The notes under the pieces are model-generated. The model was not told the DNA's origin, did not search any database, and saw nothing but the letters and a program-made list of their open reading frames with translations. From positions 1 through 62,806 of the forward strand of contig JAAYCO010000229.1 of NCBI GenBank assembly GCA_012729725.1: a stretch of 62,806 bases of DNA, given 5' to 3'. Below, one piece after another: positions 53,184 to 61,933 of this stretch. Made by a program: the position numbers and the translations under genes. Numbering within the stretch: position 1 is the stretch's first letter; each line of letters starts with the position of its first letter. The DNA is from Planctomycetota bacterium. Its GTDB lineage: Bacteria > Planctomycetota > Phycisphaerae > SM23-33.

Positions 53184-54434
53184 TCAGTGATTGCTGTTGG
53201 GTATCGGGAACTGATTGCAGAGTTCTTCAACCTGATTGCGAACCTTCTGTGCGATTGCGGCATTGCCGTCGCCCATCAATACGGTGTCGATCCAGCCGGC
53301 GATTCGTTTCATCTGTTCGGGCCCCATGCCTCTGGTTGTAACCGCGGGCGTGCCAAGCCTTATGCCGGAGGAATCCATCGCGCTTCTGGGGTCGAACGGG
53401 ATCTTGTTCTTGTTGCTGACAATGCCTGCCTCCGCCAGCCGCTTCGCGGCGACGTGACCGGTCAGGTCGGGCGTCTTCTTGCGCAAATCGACCAGCATCA
53501 GGTGATTGTCGGTGCCTCCGCTGACGATTCGCCAACCATGTTCCATAAGCCCTTCGGCCAGAGCCTTGGCGTTGTTGACGATAGACAACACATACTGCTT
53601 GAATTCCGGCCTGAGCGCCTCGGCGAAGGCCACGGCTTTCGCCGCAACCACGTGCATCAGCGGACCGCCCTGAAGACCCGGGAAGATTGCCGTATCAAGG
53701 CCCTTTGCCCACTTGGATTTGCACAGGATGACGCCGCCTCGCGGGCCGCGAAGCGTCTTGTGAGTCGTCGTCGTAACGAAGTCGCTCACTGGAACCGGAT
53801 CCGGATGTATCCCGCCGGCCACAAGGCCCGCAATGTGGGCAATGTCGCACAGCAGGAGGCAGTTGATTTCTTTGGCGATGTCCGAAAAGGCCTTGAAGTC
53901 GATTGTTCTGGAATAAGCTGACGCGCCCACCACCAGAATCTGCGGCCGCTCCTTGAGCGCCTGGGCTCGGATCTCATCCATGTCCAGCAGTTCGGTGTCC
54001 TGCCTCAGGCCGTAGTGGACCGCGTTGTAGCTGATGCCCGAAAGGTTGATTTCCAGACCGTGAGAAAGATGCCCGCCCTGGTCGAGCCTCATGCCCATGA
54101 TCTTCTGGCCGGGCTTGATAGCCGTCAGATAAACCGCCAGGTTGGCGCTGGTTCCGCTGTGGGGTTGGACGTTTGCATGCTCAGCCCCGAAAAGCTGCTT
54201 GGCGCGATCGATGGCGATCTGCTCGATGACATCCATGTTCTCGCAGCCGCAGTACCATCTGCGCCTGGGATAGCCTTCAGCATATTTGTCGGTCAACATC
54301 GTGCCGCTGGCTTGAAGCACGGGGGTGGAAACATGGTTTTCGGATGCGATCAGTTCGAGGGTGCTGTGCTGTCGGCGCCGCTCGGCGTCAATCGCGGCGG
54401 CTATCTGAGGGTCGGTCTTCTCCAACAGATTCAT
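53184..54434 (-). CDS. glyA: Serine hydroxymethyltransferase
   Basis: 'LELIASENHVS', 'YAEGYPRRRWYCGCE' and 'VTTTTHKTLRGPRGG' (PLP Lys). Confidence 0.95.
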   Translation of the reverse strand: MNLLEKTDPQIAAAIDAERRRQHSTLELIASENHVSTPVLQASGTMLTDKYAEGYPRRRWYCGCENMDVIEQIAIDRAKQLFGAEHANVQPHSGTSANLAVYLTAIKPGQKIMGMRLDQGGHLSHGLEINLSGISYNAVHYGLRQDTELLDMDEIRAQALKERPQILVVGASAYSRTIDFKAFSDIAKEINCLLLCDIAHIAGLVAGGIHPDPVPVSDFVTTTTHKTLRGPRGGVILCKSKWAKGLDTAIFPGLQGGPLMHVVAAKAVAFAEALRPEFKQYVLSIVNNAKALAEGLMEHGWRIVSGGTDNHLMLVDLRKKTPDLTGHVAAKRLAEAGIVSNKNKIPFDPRSAMDSSGIRLGTPAVTTRGMGPEQMKRIAGWIDTVLMGDGNAAIAQKVRNQVEELCNQFPIPNSNH

Positions 54435-54546
54435 CTTTGTGATTCTCCTTCACCAGCGATTACTCTATCTGCTTTGCGGTCGGATAGCAAGCCGCCCCCA
54501 AGCAGCGAATTACCGCTACGGAATCCCAGAAGCTTCGGGGAATTGT

Positions 54547-56523
54547 CTAGTATTTGCGCTGGGTGGCGTCCGCGTCGGCGCTACGTGTTTGGGCAACCGA
54601 TTTGTAGCGGCGGTGCGAAGCGCCCAACTGGATCATATCCAGCACAGTTGCCACTACACCCGCGGCGTCCAGTCCAGTTTCGGCCAATTGTTCCCGCCGA
54701 GACGCATGCGCTATAAAGCGATCGGGCAGGCCAAGCACTCGAACGTTTGCCGTATTCAGGCCGCGATCGCAGGCCAGTTCAAGAAAGGCCGAGCCGAATC
54801 CTCCGGCTGCGCTATGGTCCTCTAGCGTCACCACGGGCTTTCCGCTCGAAAGCACCCTGACGACCATTCCCTCATCCATGGGTTTTGCGAACCTCGCGTT
54901 GATAACGCATGGATTCAGTCCTCCAGCCGCAAGTTGCTTCGCGGCCGCCATTCCGGTTTGAACCATAGCGCCGTAGCACACGAGTGTTGCATCGGCAATG
55001 CCGCCGGTAGGCGGCGCCAGCACCACCCGGCTTTGACCCAGTTCAAAAGGCGTGCAATTGGGCAGGCTTTCGGGCACGAAGTCGCGCGGGTAGCGTATCG
55101 CACAGGGCCCCCGCAGAGAAAGCCCCAGGGTCATGGCTGCCTTAAGCTCGGACTGGTCGCACGGCGCCATCAGCACCATGCCCGGCAGTGATCTCATAAT
55201 CGAAATGTCGGCAAAACCGTGATGCACGGCGCCGTCGCCGCCCACCAGGCCGGCGCGGTCCAGGCACAGCATGACGGGCATCTTGTTGAGGCACAGTTCC
55301 TGGAACACCTGATCATAGGCTCGTTGCATGAACGTGGAATACATCGCCACGATCGGCCTCTTGCCTTCCCTCGCCAGGCCCGCAGCCATTGCAACCGCGT
55401 GCGATTCGCCTATGCCAACATCTATGCACCGCGCGGGAAACTCATTTCGAAACTCGATCAGCCCAGTGCCGTCAGGCATGGCGGCCGTCATTGCGACTAT
55501 ACGGTCGTCACGTCTTGCAAGCTCAACGAGCGTTTCGGAAAAGGCGGCGGTCCATTGCAGACGTTTCTTCTCTTCAAAAACCGCCTTGCCATCCTTGAGC
55601 GTATAGGCCGAGGGACTGTGGAATCTGCAGGGATCATCCACGGCATACTGACAGCCCCTTCCCTTCTGCGTATGCACGTGCAGCAGCACCGGGCGTTGAA
55701 TGTCGCTCAGTCGCCGCAGCACCCTGATTAGTTCTGGTATATTGTGCCCGTCGATCGGGCCGTAGTAGTCGAAGCCGAGGTTCTCGAAAATCTGGCCGCC
55801 GTGGATGGACGTCTTCAGGCCGGCCTTGATGTTGCGAAGAGCCTTGTTGATGTTCTCGCCCAGCGGCATGTGCTGCAATAGTTGCTCGGTGGACTGTTTA
55901 ATGCCGCTGTACGTGGCGGTGGTCCGGATTCTATCCAGGGCATGAGCCATCGCGCCGTGGGTTCTGTCAATGGCCATCGAGTTGTCGTTGAGGATTATCA
56001 GGAACTGCCGCCTCAGTAGCGCGGCATTGTTGAGGCCTTCGAAAGCCAAACCATTGACGATGCTGGCGTCGCCGACAACCGCAACCACTTTCGGGGCGTT
56101 GGGGGCGTTTTCGCTGGCCCAGGCGAGGCCGCACGCGGTGGAGATCGCCGCGCCGGCGTGGCCGGTGCAGAAAACGTCATAGGGGCTTTCGGCGGGGTTG
56201 GGGAACCCGCTGAGCCCGCGAGCCTGACGCAGCGTGTCAAACTTCTCGTTTCTGCCCGTCAGCAGCTTGTGAGGATAGCACTGATGGCCGACATCCCAGA
56301 CCAGCCTGTCTGTGGCGAAATCGAAGACATAATGAAGGGCGACCGTCAGTTCCGCCACGCCGAGGTTGCTGGCCAGATGCCCTCCGCCTCTGGCGACCAC
56401 TTCCACTACGCGCTCACGAAGTTCCCGCGCCAGTTGATTAAGCTGCTGTTCGTTCAGTCGGCGCAGCTGGTGCGGACTTGTGATGTTGCTCAACAGCGAT
56501 TCTTTTCGTTCCCTGGCGGTCAT
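54547..56523 (-). CDS. dxs: 1-deoxy-D-xylulose-5-phosphate synthase
   Basis: 'GGHLASNLGVAELTVALHYVF', 'VWDVGHQCYPHK' and 'GDASIVNGLAFEGLNNA'. Confidence 0.95.
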   Translation of the reverse strand: MTARERKESLLSNITSPHQLRRLNEQQLNQLARELRERVVEVVARGGGHLASNLGVAELTVALHYVFDFATDRLVWDVGHQCYPHKLLTGRNEKFDTLRQARGLSGFPNPAESPYDVFCTGHAGAAISTACGLAWASENAPNAPKVVAVVGDASIVNGLAFEGLNNAALLRRQFLIILNDNSMAIDRTHGAMAHALDRIRTTATYSGIKQSTEQLLQHMPLGENINKALRNIKAGLKTSIHGGQIFENLGFDYYGPIDGHNIPELIRVLRRLSDIQRPVLLHVHTQKGRGCQYAVDDPCRFHSPSAYTLKDGKAVFEEKKRLQWTAAFSETLVELARRDDRIVAMTAAMPDGTGLIEFRNEFPARCIDVGIGESHAVAMAAGLAREGKRPIVAMYSTFMQRAYDQVFQELCLNKMPVMLCLDRAGLVGGDGAVHHGFADISIMRSLPGMVLMAPCDQSELKAAMTLGLSLRGPCAIRYPRDFVPESLPNCTPFELGQSRVVLAPPTGGIADATLVCYGAMVQTGMAAAKQLAAGGLNPCVINARFAKPMDEGMVVRVLSSGKPVVTLEDHSAAGGFGSAFLELACDRGLNTANVRVLGLPDRFIAHASRREQLAETGLDAAGVVATVLDMIQLGASHRRYKSVAQTRSADADATQRKY

Positions 56524-56556
56524 ATCATTTCCAAATCCCGGGGCATTTTGCGCCGG

Positions 56557-57474
56557 TTAATGAGTGCGTTGCTCCAGCAGCAGGGCAAGCTCGCGAAGGC
56601 GCTGGGCCTCTTGTCCCAGAGGCGACAGCGCGTTCACTGCTCGCCTGGTCAGTTCCGCCGCGCGGCTTTGGGCCTTATCCAGCCCAAGCTCGACAACATG
56701 CGTTCGTTTGCCCGCCGCGGCGTCTTTCCCGGGGGTCTTGCCGAGGGCTGCGGCACAGGCCGTGGCATCCAGAAGGTCATCAACCAACTGGAACGCCAAT
56801 CCCAGCGCCTCGCCATAAGCGCCCAGGCAGTCAACAACGGCTTCACCCGCGCCGGAGGCAATTGCGCCCATGCGCGCCGAACACCGGATTAATGCAGCGG
56901 TTTTCCGAAGGTGAATGTAGTCCAGACCCTCGGCGCCCTCTGGCACGCTGCAGAGCTTCATGTCGGCAACCTGTCCGGCGATCATTCCCGCACACCCCGC
57001 GGCGGCGGCAAGCTCCGCCACGAGAGCCCAGGACTTGGGACTCTGGCATGCCAGAACCTCGAAAGCCCGGGTCAACAGGGCATCGCCTGCAAGTATAGCC
57101 ATTGCCTCGCCATACTGCACATGCGCTGTGGGCTTTCCGCGCCGCAGCACATCATTGTCCATTGCCGGCAGATCGTCATGGACGAGGCTGTAACAATGTA
57201 TGAACTCAATCGCCGCTGCCGCCCTGGAGACCAGATCATCATCAGCGGCAGCCCCGCCGGCCTCAGCACACATGTAGACCAGCGCGGGCCGAAGCCTCTT
57301 TCCACCGGCAAGCACGCAATATTCCATTGCCTCCGCCAGACTCGCAGGCGCCCCATCCGGAATGAGCCAACGTCGGGTGTCCTGCTCCGCCTTGCGGGCG
57401 TGGGGCGACAGAATGTCCTTAATGGAAGAGTGAGTTACGCGTACTGCCATGAGCGAAGAATTCCTTGCAGGCAT
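56557..57474 (-). CDS. ispA: Polyprenyl diphosphate synthase (FPP/GGPP synthase, IspA-like)
   Basis: FARM 'HCYSLVHDDLPAMDND' and SARM 'FQLVDDLLD'. An alternative start is ATG 57450. Confidence 0.9.
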   Translation of the reverse strand: MPARNSSLMAVRVTHSSIKDILSPHARKAEQDTRRWLIPDGAPASLAEAMEYCVLAGGKRLRPALVYMCAEAGGAAADDDLVSRAAAAIEFIHCYSLVHDDLPAMDNDVLRRGKPTAHVQYGEAMAILAGDALLTRAFEVLACQSPKSWALVAELAAAAGCAGMIAGQVADMKLCSVPEGAEGLDYIHLRKTAALIRCSARMGAIASGAGEAVVDCLGAYGEALGLAFQLVDDLLDATACAAALGKTPGKDAAAGKRTHVVELGLDKAQSRAAELTRRAVNALSPLGQEAQRLRELALLLEQRTH

Positions 57475-57517
57475 TTGCCTGGAGAGCGAACCTTTAAATT
57501 ATACTTCTATCACGCCT

Positions 57518-58372
57518 TTAGCCGCAACCTGGTTCACACGCGCTGGCACCGGATCGCAGAGCCTTGCGTCTCAGGTGGCATATGCCGCGCGCAAAGGGTT
57601 TCTGGGCGTTGAGGGCGCGCCTGACAAAATCGCGGAAGTCCCCTGCCGCCGACCCCCAATCAGAGCAGGCATCCATACGCTCCAGGGCTCGACTTGGGCT
57701 CAGGCCGTTGCGGTACAGCAACGCAAATGCCTCTTTTATCTGCCGCCGGTCTTCCATTGTGATGCTCTTGTTCCTGGCGATTCCGACGGAATTCAGACCG
57801 ACTATGTTATTAATGCCGGCTGCAAGCATGACAAACGGGGGAACATGCATTGTCACACCTGCATTCGCTTGAGCCATTATGCCTTGTCCCAACCAGCAGA
57901 ATTGGTGCACCGCGGCCCCACTTGACAAGACGCAATTCTTCCCGACAGTCGCGTGTCCGGCGACAGAAACATTGTTCACCAGAATGGCGCCGTCTTCGAT
58001 AGTGGCGTTGTGGCCGGCGTGAGACTGAGTCATCCAGTAAGTTCCGTTCCCAACGACAGTTGCGTTGCCCTCGCCTGTGGCCCGAGAGATGGTCACGCCC
58101 TCGCGGAAGACGTTCCGGTCGCCGATTCGCAGATAAGTGACGCTGTCGGCGTCGAATTTGTAGTCTTGAGGCACACCGCCCAGAACGGCATATGAATCAA
58201 CCAGGTTGCCCGCGCCCAGGGTGGTGTATTGCCGGATGATGGCGTGCGACATCAGCCTGGTGCCGCTTCCAATTTTCACGTTGCCTTCGATTACGCTGTA
58301 CGGCCCGACCTCGACGTCGGCGGCGAGTTCGGCCGTCGGATCGATTATGGCTGTCGGATGAATTTTCTGCAT
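57518..58372 (-). CDS. lpxA: Acyl-ACP--UDP-N-acetylglucosamine O-acyltransferase
   Basis: Hexapeptide repeats from 'IHPTAIIDPTAELAADVEVGPYSVIEGNVKIGSGT' onward, and a C-terminal helical domain. I chose ATG 58372 (the track TTG is at 58393). Confidence 0.9.
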   Translation of the reverse strand: MQKIHPTAIIDPTAELAADVEVGPYSVIEGNVKIGSGTRLMSHAIIRQYTTLGAGNLVDSYAVLGGVPQDYKFDADSVTYLRIGDRNVFREGVTISRATGEGNATVVGNGTYWMTQSHAGHNATIEDGAILVNNVSVAGHATVGKNCVLSSGAAVHQFCWLGQGIMAQANAGVTMHVPPFVMLAAGINNIVGLNSVGIARNKSITMEDRRQIKEAFALLYRNGLSPSRALERMDACSDWGSAAGDFRDFVRRALNAQKPFARGICHLRRKALRSGASACEPGCG

Positions 58373-58483
58373 CGCATCTCTCCGTGTCGCCAAACTTCGC
58401 GGCGGCGACAGGATCCATGGTATTGCCTTGTTTGCATCAAGTCCATGGGTTTCGGGTCCACATGAGCCGGGTGTCGGTTCACT

Positions 58484-59794
58484 ATGGTGGACATCCCGCC
58501 CGGAGGTGCTATATTTGTCGCTTTACCCGAAGGAGAGACCGTGGCTGCCATAACGAGCTTGAAGACGCTTCAGAATACCGTCCGCGAGGCGGTGCGAAAA
58601 GTGACCATCACCGACATTCACACGCACCTTTTCCCTGTTTCGCACGGAAAGCTTCTGCTGTGGGGCGCTGATGAACTGCTGACGTATCACTACCTGGTTT
58701 CGGAGTTGTTCACCGTCGCGCCCCGTTCGCTGACCCACCAGGAATTCTGGCAAATGCCCAAGAGCCGCCAGGCCCAACTGGTCTGGGAGCACGTGTTCCT
58801 TAAGCACGGGCCCATCAGCGAGGCAGCGCGAGGCGTCATGACGTGCTTCAACATGCTGGGCCTGGATATCGGAAAACGCGATCTGGCGTCCATCCGCAAG
58901 TGGTTCGCGGCCCAGAAGCCCGAAAACTACCTCGAAAAGGTGTTTAAGCTTTCAGGCCTGGACTACGCCGTGATGACGAATAACCCGTTCATCGCCGAGG
59001 AAGCGGGCTATTGGAATCAGGAACTGCCGGGAAACAACCGGCTTAAGACGGCGCTCCGCATCGACACGCTGGTTCTGAACTGGCCGGCTGCGGCGAAAGA
59101 AATGTCCGCCCAGGGCTATAGGTGTCCAGCCACCTTGAATGCCAAAGGGGTTGCGGTCGCCAGGGCCTTCCTCGCCGACTGGATCGAGAAGATCAAGCCG
59201 CTTTACATGGCTGCTTCGCTGGGACCGGATTTCGCATACCCGGACAACTCCGATAGCACAAAGATCCTCGACCAGATCGTCTTGCCGACGGCAAGAGATT
59301 TGAACGTGCCGCTGGCCATGATGATCGGCGTTCGCAAGGCGGTCATGCCGGCGCTTGGCGACGGCGGAGACGGCGTCGGCGTTGCCGATCCTGCCTCGGT
59401 CATGCACCTTTGCCAGAAATACCCCGACGTGAAATTCCTGGTCACCATGCTCAGCCGAGTGAATCAACATGAGCTGTGCATCCTGGGCAGGAAGTTCCCC
59501 AACCTGCACCTCTTTGGATGTTGGTGGTTCTGCAACAATCCAAGCATCATCGAGGAACTCACCCGCATGCGGTTCGAGCTTCTGGGCACCGCCGTCACCT
59601 GTCAACACAGTGACGCACGGGTGCTTGACCAGCTCATCTACAAGTGGGCCCACACACGCCGGATCGTCGCAGAGGTGCTGTGCGACAAGTACACGTTGGC
59701 GTGGCAGGCCGGGTGGCGTCCCACCCGCGACGAGATCGCCCGTGACGCCAGGGCCATTTTTGGCGGTTCATTCCACGAATTCCTCAATAAGTAA
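58484..59794 (+). CDS. Glucuronate isomerase (UxaC) family protein, divergent
   Basis: 'ITDIHTHLFP' parallels the 'DYHCHL' motif of UxaC. 'GCWWFCNNPSIIEE..' parallels 'GSGWWFND'. Confidence 0.7.
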   Translation: MVDIPPGGAIFVALPEGETVAAITSLKTLQNTVREAVRKVTITDIHTHLFPVSHGKLLLWGADELLTYHYLVSELFTVAPRSLTHQEFWQMPKSRQAQLVWEHVFLKHGPISEAARGVMTCFNMLGLDIGKRDLASIRKWFAAQKPENYLEKVFKLSGLDYAVMTNNPFIAEEAGYWNQELPGNNRLKTALRIDTLVLNWPAAAKEMSAQGYRCPATLNAKGVAVARAFLADWIEKIKPLYMAASLGPDFAYPDNSDSTKILDQIVLPTARDLNVPLAMMIGVRKAVMPALGDGGDGVGVADPASVMHLCQKYPDVKFLVTMLSRVNQHELCILGRKFPNLHLFGCWWFCNNPSIIEELTRMRFELLGTAVTCQHSDARVLDQLIYKWAHTRRIVAEVLCDKYTLAWQAGWRPTRDEIARDARAIFGGSFHEFLNK

Positions 59795-59817
59795 TTGCCG
59801 GGAGCACACGAAGAAGC

Positions 59818-61854
59818 ATGAGCACGATCGCAGTTGGAAACATGACATTGCCGTTTTACTCGGCCAACACCGTGATAGTCGGCGCTGGGGCTGCCGCCAT
59901 GAACTGCGCCCTGCAACTGCTGAAGTTCCGCCTTCAAGCCGGCGAGAAGCGGCCTCAGGATCGGCTGATCGTGGTCACGGGCGGCGTGAAGCTGGGCGCA
60001 TCCCGCATGAGCGGTTCAGACAAGCAGACGTATTACAAGATGGGCACCAGCCCCCGCATAAGCGACACCGCCGAGGACTTCGCCAAGACCCTCACCGCCT
60101 TCGGATGCTGCCATGGCGACAACGCTCTGATCGAGGGCATATGCTCGCTTCGCGGCTTCTACAACCTGGTGGACGTTGGCGTGCCGTTCCCGCATGAACC
60201 CTATGGCGCTTTCATCGGATACAAGACTGACCACGATCCCTATGAACGCGCCACATCGGCAGGCCCGAAGACCTCCAAGTTCATGAGCGAATGCCTTCAG
60301 GCCCAAGCCAAACGCCTGGGGCTGCGAGTTATCGACCGCCAGATGGTTGCGAAGTTCATCACCAGCGGCGAAGGATCCGGCAAGCGAATCGTCGCCATGC
60401 TTTGCGTCGATCGATCCCAAACTCAAAAGCCCAACATGGGCATGAGCGTGTTCGCCGCACGAAACTGGGTGCTGGCGGCAGGCGGCCCGGGCGAGATCTA
60501 TCGCACGACCGTATATCCGCGCGGCCAGTACGGCATACATGGCGCTGCCCTGGAGGCCGGCCTGGAGGCCTGCAACCTGACCGAATCGCAGTACGGCCTG
60601 GCGTCAACGAAGTTCCGCTGGAACGTGTCGGGCACGTACATGCAGGTGATCCCCCGCATTTTCAGCACCAACGCACGCGGAGGCGACGAGCGGGAATTCC
60701 TGACCGAGTATTTCGACGATATGCCCACGATGGCCCTGAACATCTTTCTTAAAGGCTACCAGTGGCCGTTTGATGCTCAGCGAATCACGAACGCTCAGTC
60801 TTCTCTCGTTGATATGGCGGTGCATCAAGAGACCGTTGTTCGCGGGCGAAAGGTCTGGATGGACTTCCTCAGGAATCCCGTCGGCAAGGTCGGCTGGGAG
60901 GAATTCAACCTCCAGCGCCTGCCGAACGAGGCCCTGGAATACCTCCAGAAAACCGGCGCGATGCAGCCGCTGCCGATCGATCGGCTGGCGCACATGAACA
61001 AGCCCGCCATCGAAATTTACGCCGAAAACAGAATCGATCTGTACAAAGAGCCCCTCGAAATAGCCGTGTGCGCGCAGCACCACAACGGCGGCTTCTCGGT
61101 GGACAAATGGTGGCGAAGCAGCATCTCCAACACGTTTGTCATTGGCGAGATGGCGGGCACGCACGGGGTGAAGCGCCCGGGCGGTTCGGCGCTCAACGCC
61201 GGGCAGGTAGGCGCGTTGCGAGCGGCAGAATACATATCAAACATGCTGTTTGACGAGATTCCCGCGTCGCCGGCTGATCTGGGAGATTCTGTCGCCAAAA
61301 GCGTTGAACAACTGCAAAAGCTGTGCGCCGCCAATTCCACTGCCGGCACACCCAAGCAGGCGCTTGCGGAAATCGCTGACCGTATGACGCGGTTTGGCGC
61401 CCACATCCGGTGGAGGAGCGGAGCGGAAGAAGCGCTGTCACAGGCGAAACGGCAGTACTTCGACATCAACTCCGCGGGTCTGCGGGTCTCGTCGCCACGT
61501 GAGTTGCCCACGGCGATACTTGCCGCCCAACAATGCCTTACGCAGGTGGCGATGCTCAAGAGCATCGTGGGAATGCTTGATCGTGGCGCGGGCAGCAGAG
61601 GCAGCCATTGCATACTTGAGGAAAGCGGCGCCGAAATGCATCCGGCGCTGATCGACCCGACGGACAAGAAGCCTTACCGGTTCAAGCCCGAGAACGTTGA
61701 CCTGCGGAACACGATACTCTGCACCCGGTTCAATCCGGCGGCGGCGGATCTGTTCGAACTGTCTGACGTGTCCCCGCGCCCCATACCCAACCGGCAGATT
61801 GCCTTCGAGCCTGCCTGGACGGAGTTTCGGGAAAAGGCCATCTTCCGCGATTGA
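59818..61854 (+). CDS. FAD-dependent oxidoreductase (fumarate reductase / L-aspartate oxidase flavoprotein superfamily)
   Basis: 'TVIVGAGAAAMNCALQL' is a dinucleotide-binding motif. 'HHNGGFSVD' and 'FVIGEMAGTHGVKRPGGSALNAGQV' match the C-terminal FAD-binding signature of this superfamily. Confidence 0.75.
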   Translation: MSTIAVGNMTLPFYSANTVIVGAGAAAMNCALQLLKFRLQAGEKRPQDRLIVVTGGVKLGASRMSGSDKQTYYKMGTSPRISDTAEDFAKTLTAFGCCHGDNALIEGICSLRGFYNLVDVGVPFPHEPYGAFIGYKTDHDPYERATSAGPKTSKFMSECLQAQAKRLGLRVIDRQMVAKFITSGEGSGKRIVAMLCVDRSQTQKPNMGMSVFAARNWVLAAGGPGEIYRTTVYPRGQYGIHGAALEAGLEACNLTESQYGLASTKFRWNVSGTYMQVIPRIFSTNARGGDEREFLTEYFDDMPTMALNIFLKGYQWPFDAQRITNAQSSLVDMAVHQETVVRGRKVWMDFLRNPVGKVGWEEFNLQRLPNEALEYLQKTGAMQPLPIDRLAHMNKPAIEIYAENRIDLYKEPLEIAVCAQHHNGGFSVDKWWRSSISNTFVIGEMAGTHGVKRPGGSALNAGQVGALRAAEYISNMLFDEIPASPADLGDSVAKSVEQLQKLCAANSTAGTPKQALAEIADRMTRFGAHIRWRSGAEEALSQAKRQYFDINSAGLRVSSPRELPTAILAAQQCLTQVAMLKSIVGMLDRGAGSRGSHCILEESGAEMHPALIDPTDKKPYRFKPENVDLRNTILCTRFNPAAADLFELSDVSPRPIPNRQIAFEPAWTEFREKAIFRD

Positions 61855-61933
61855 TTGCATCGGGCATCCGTCACCGGCGATTTTTCACAGGTGTCTTTTT
61901 TAGTTTGGACGGATTGCCTACAATCGGCCTTTC

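Noticed and set aside
61855-61933. A terminator after the FAD oxidoreductase gene (T-run TCTTTTTT at about 61895-61902) and a TACAAT -10 box before the lipoprotein gene.
   Set aside because: The T-run is not preceded by a convincing stem (only 4 bp, CACC/GGTG, with a long loop). The -10 box lacks a credible -35. Both are too weak to call.
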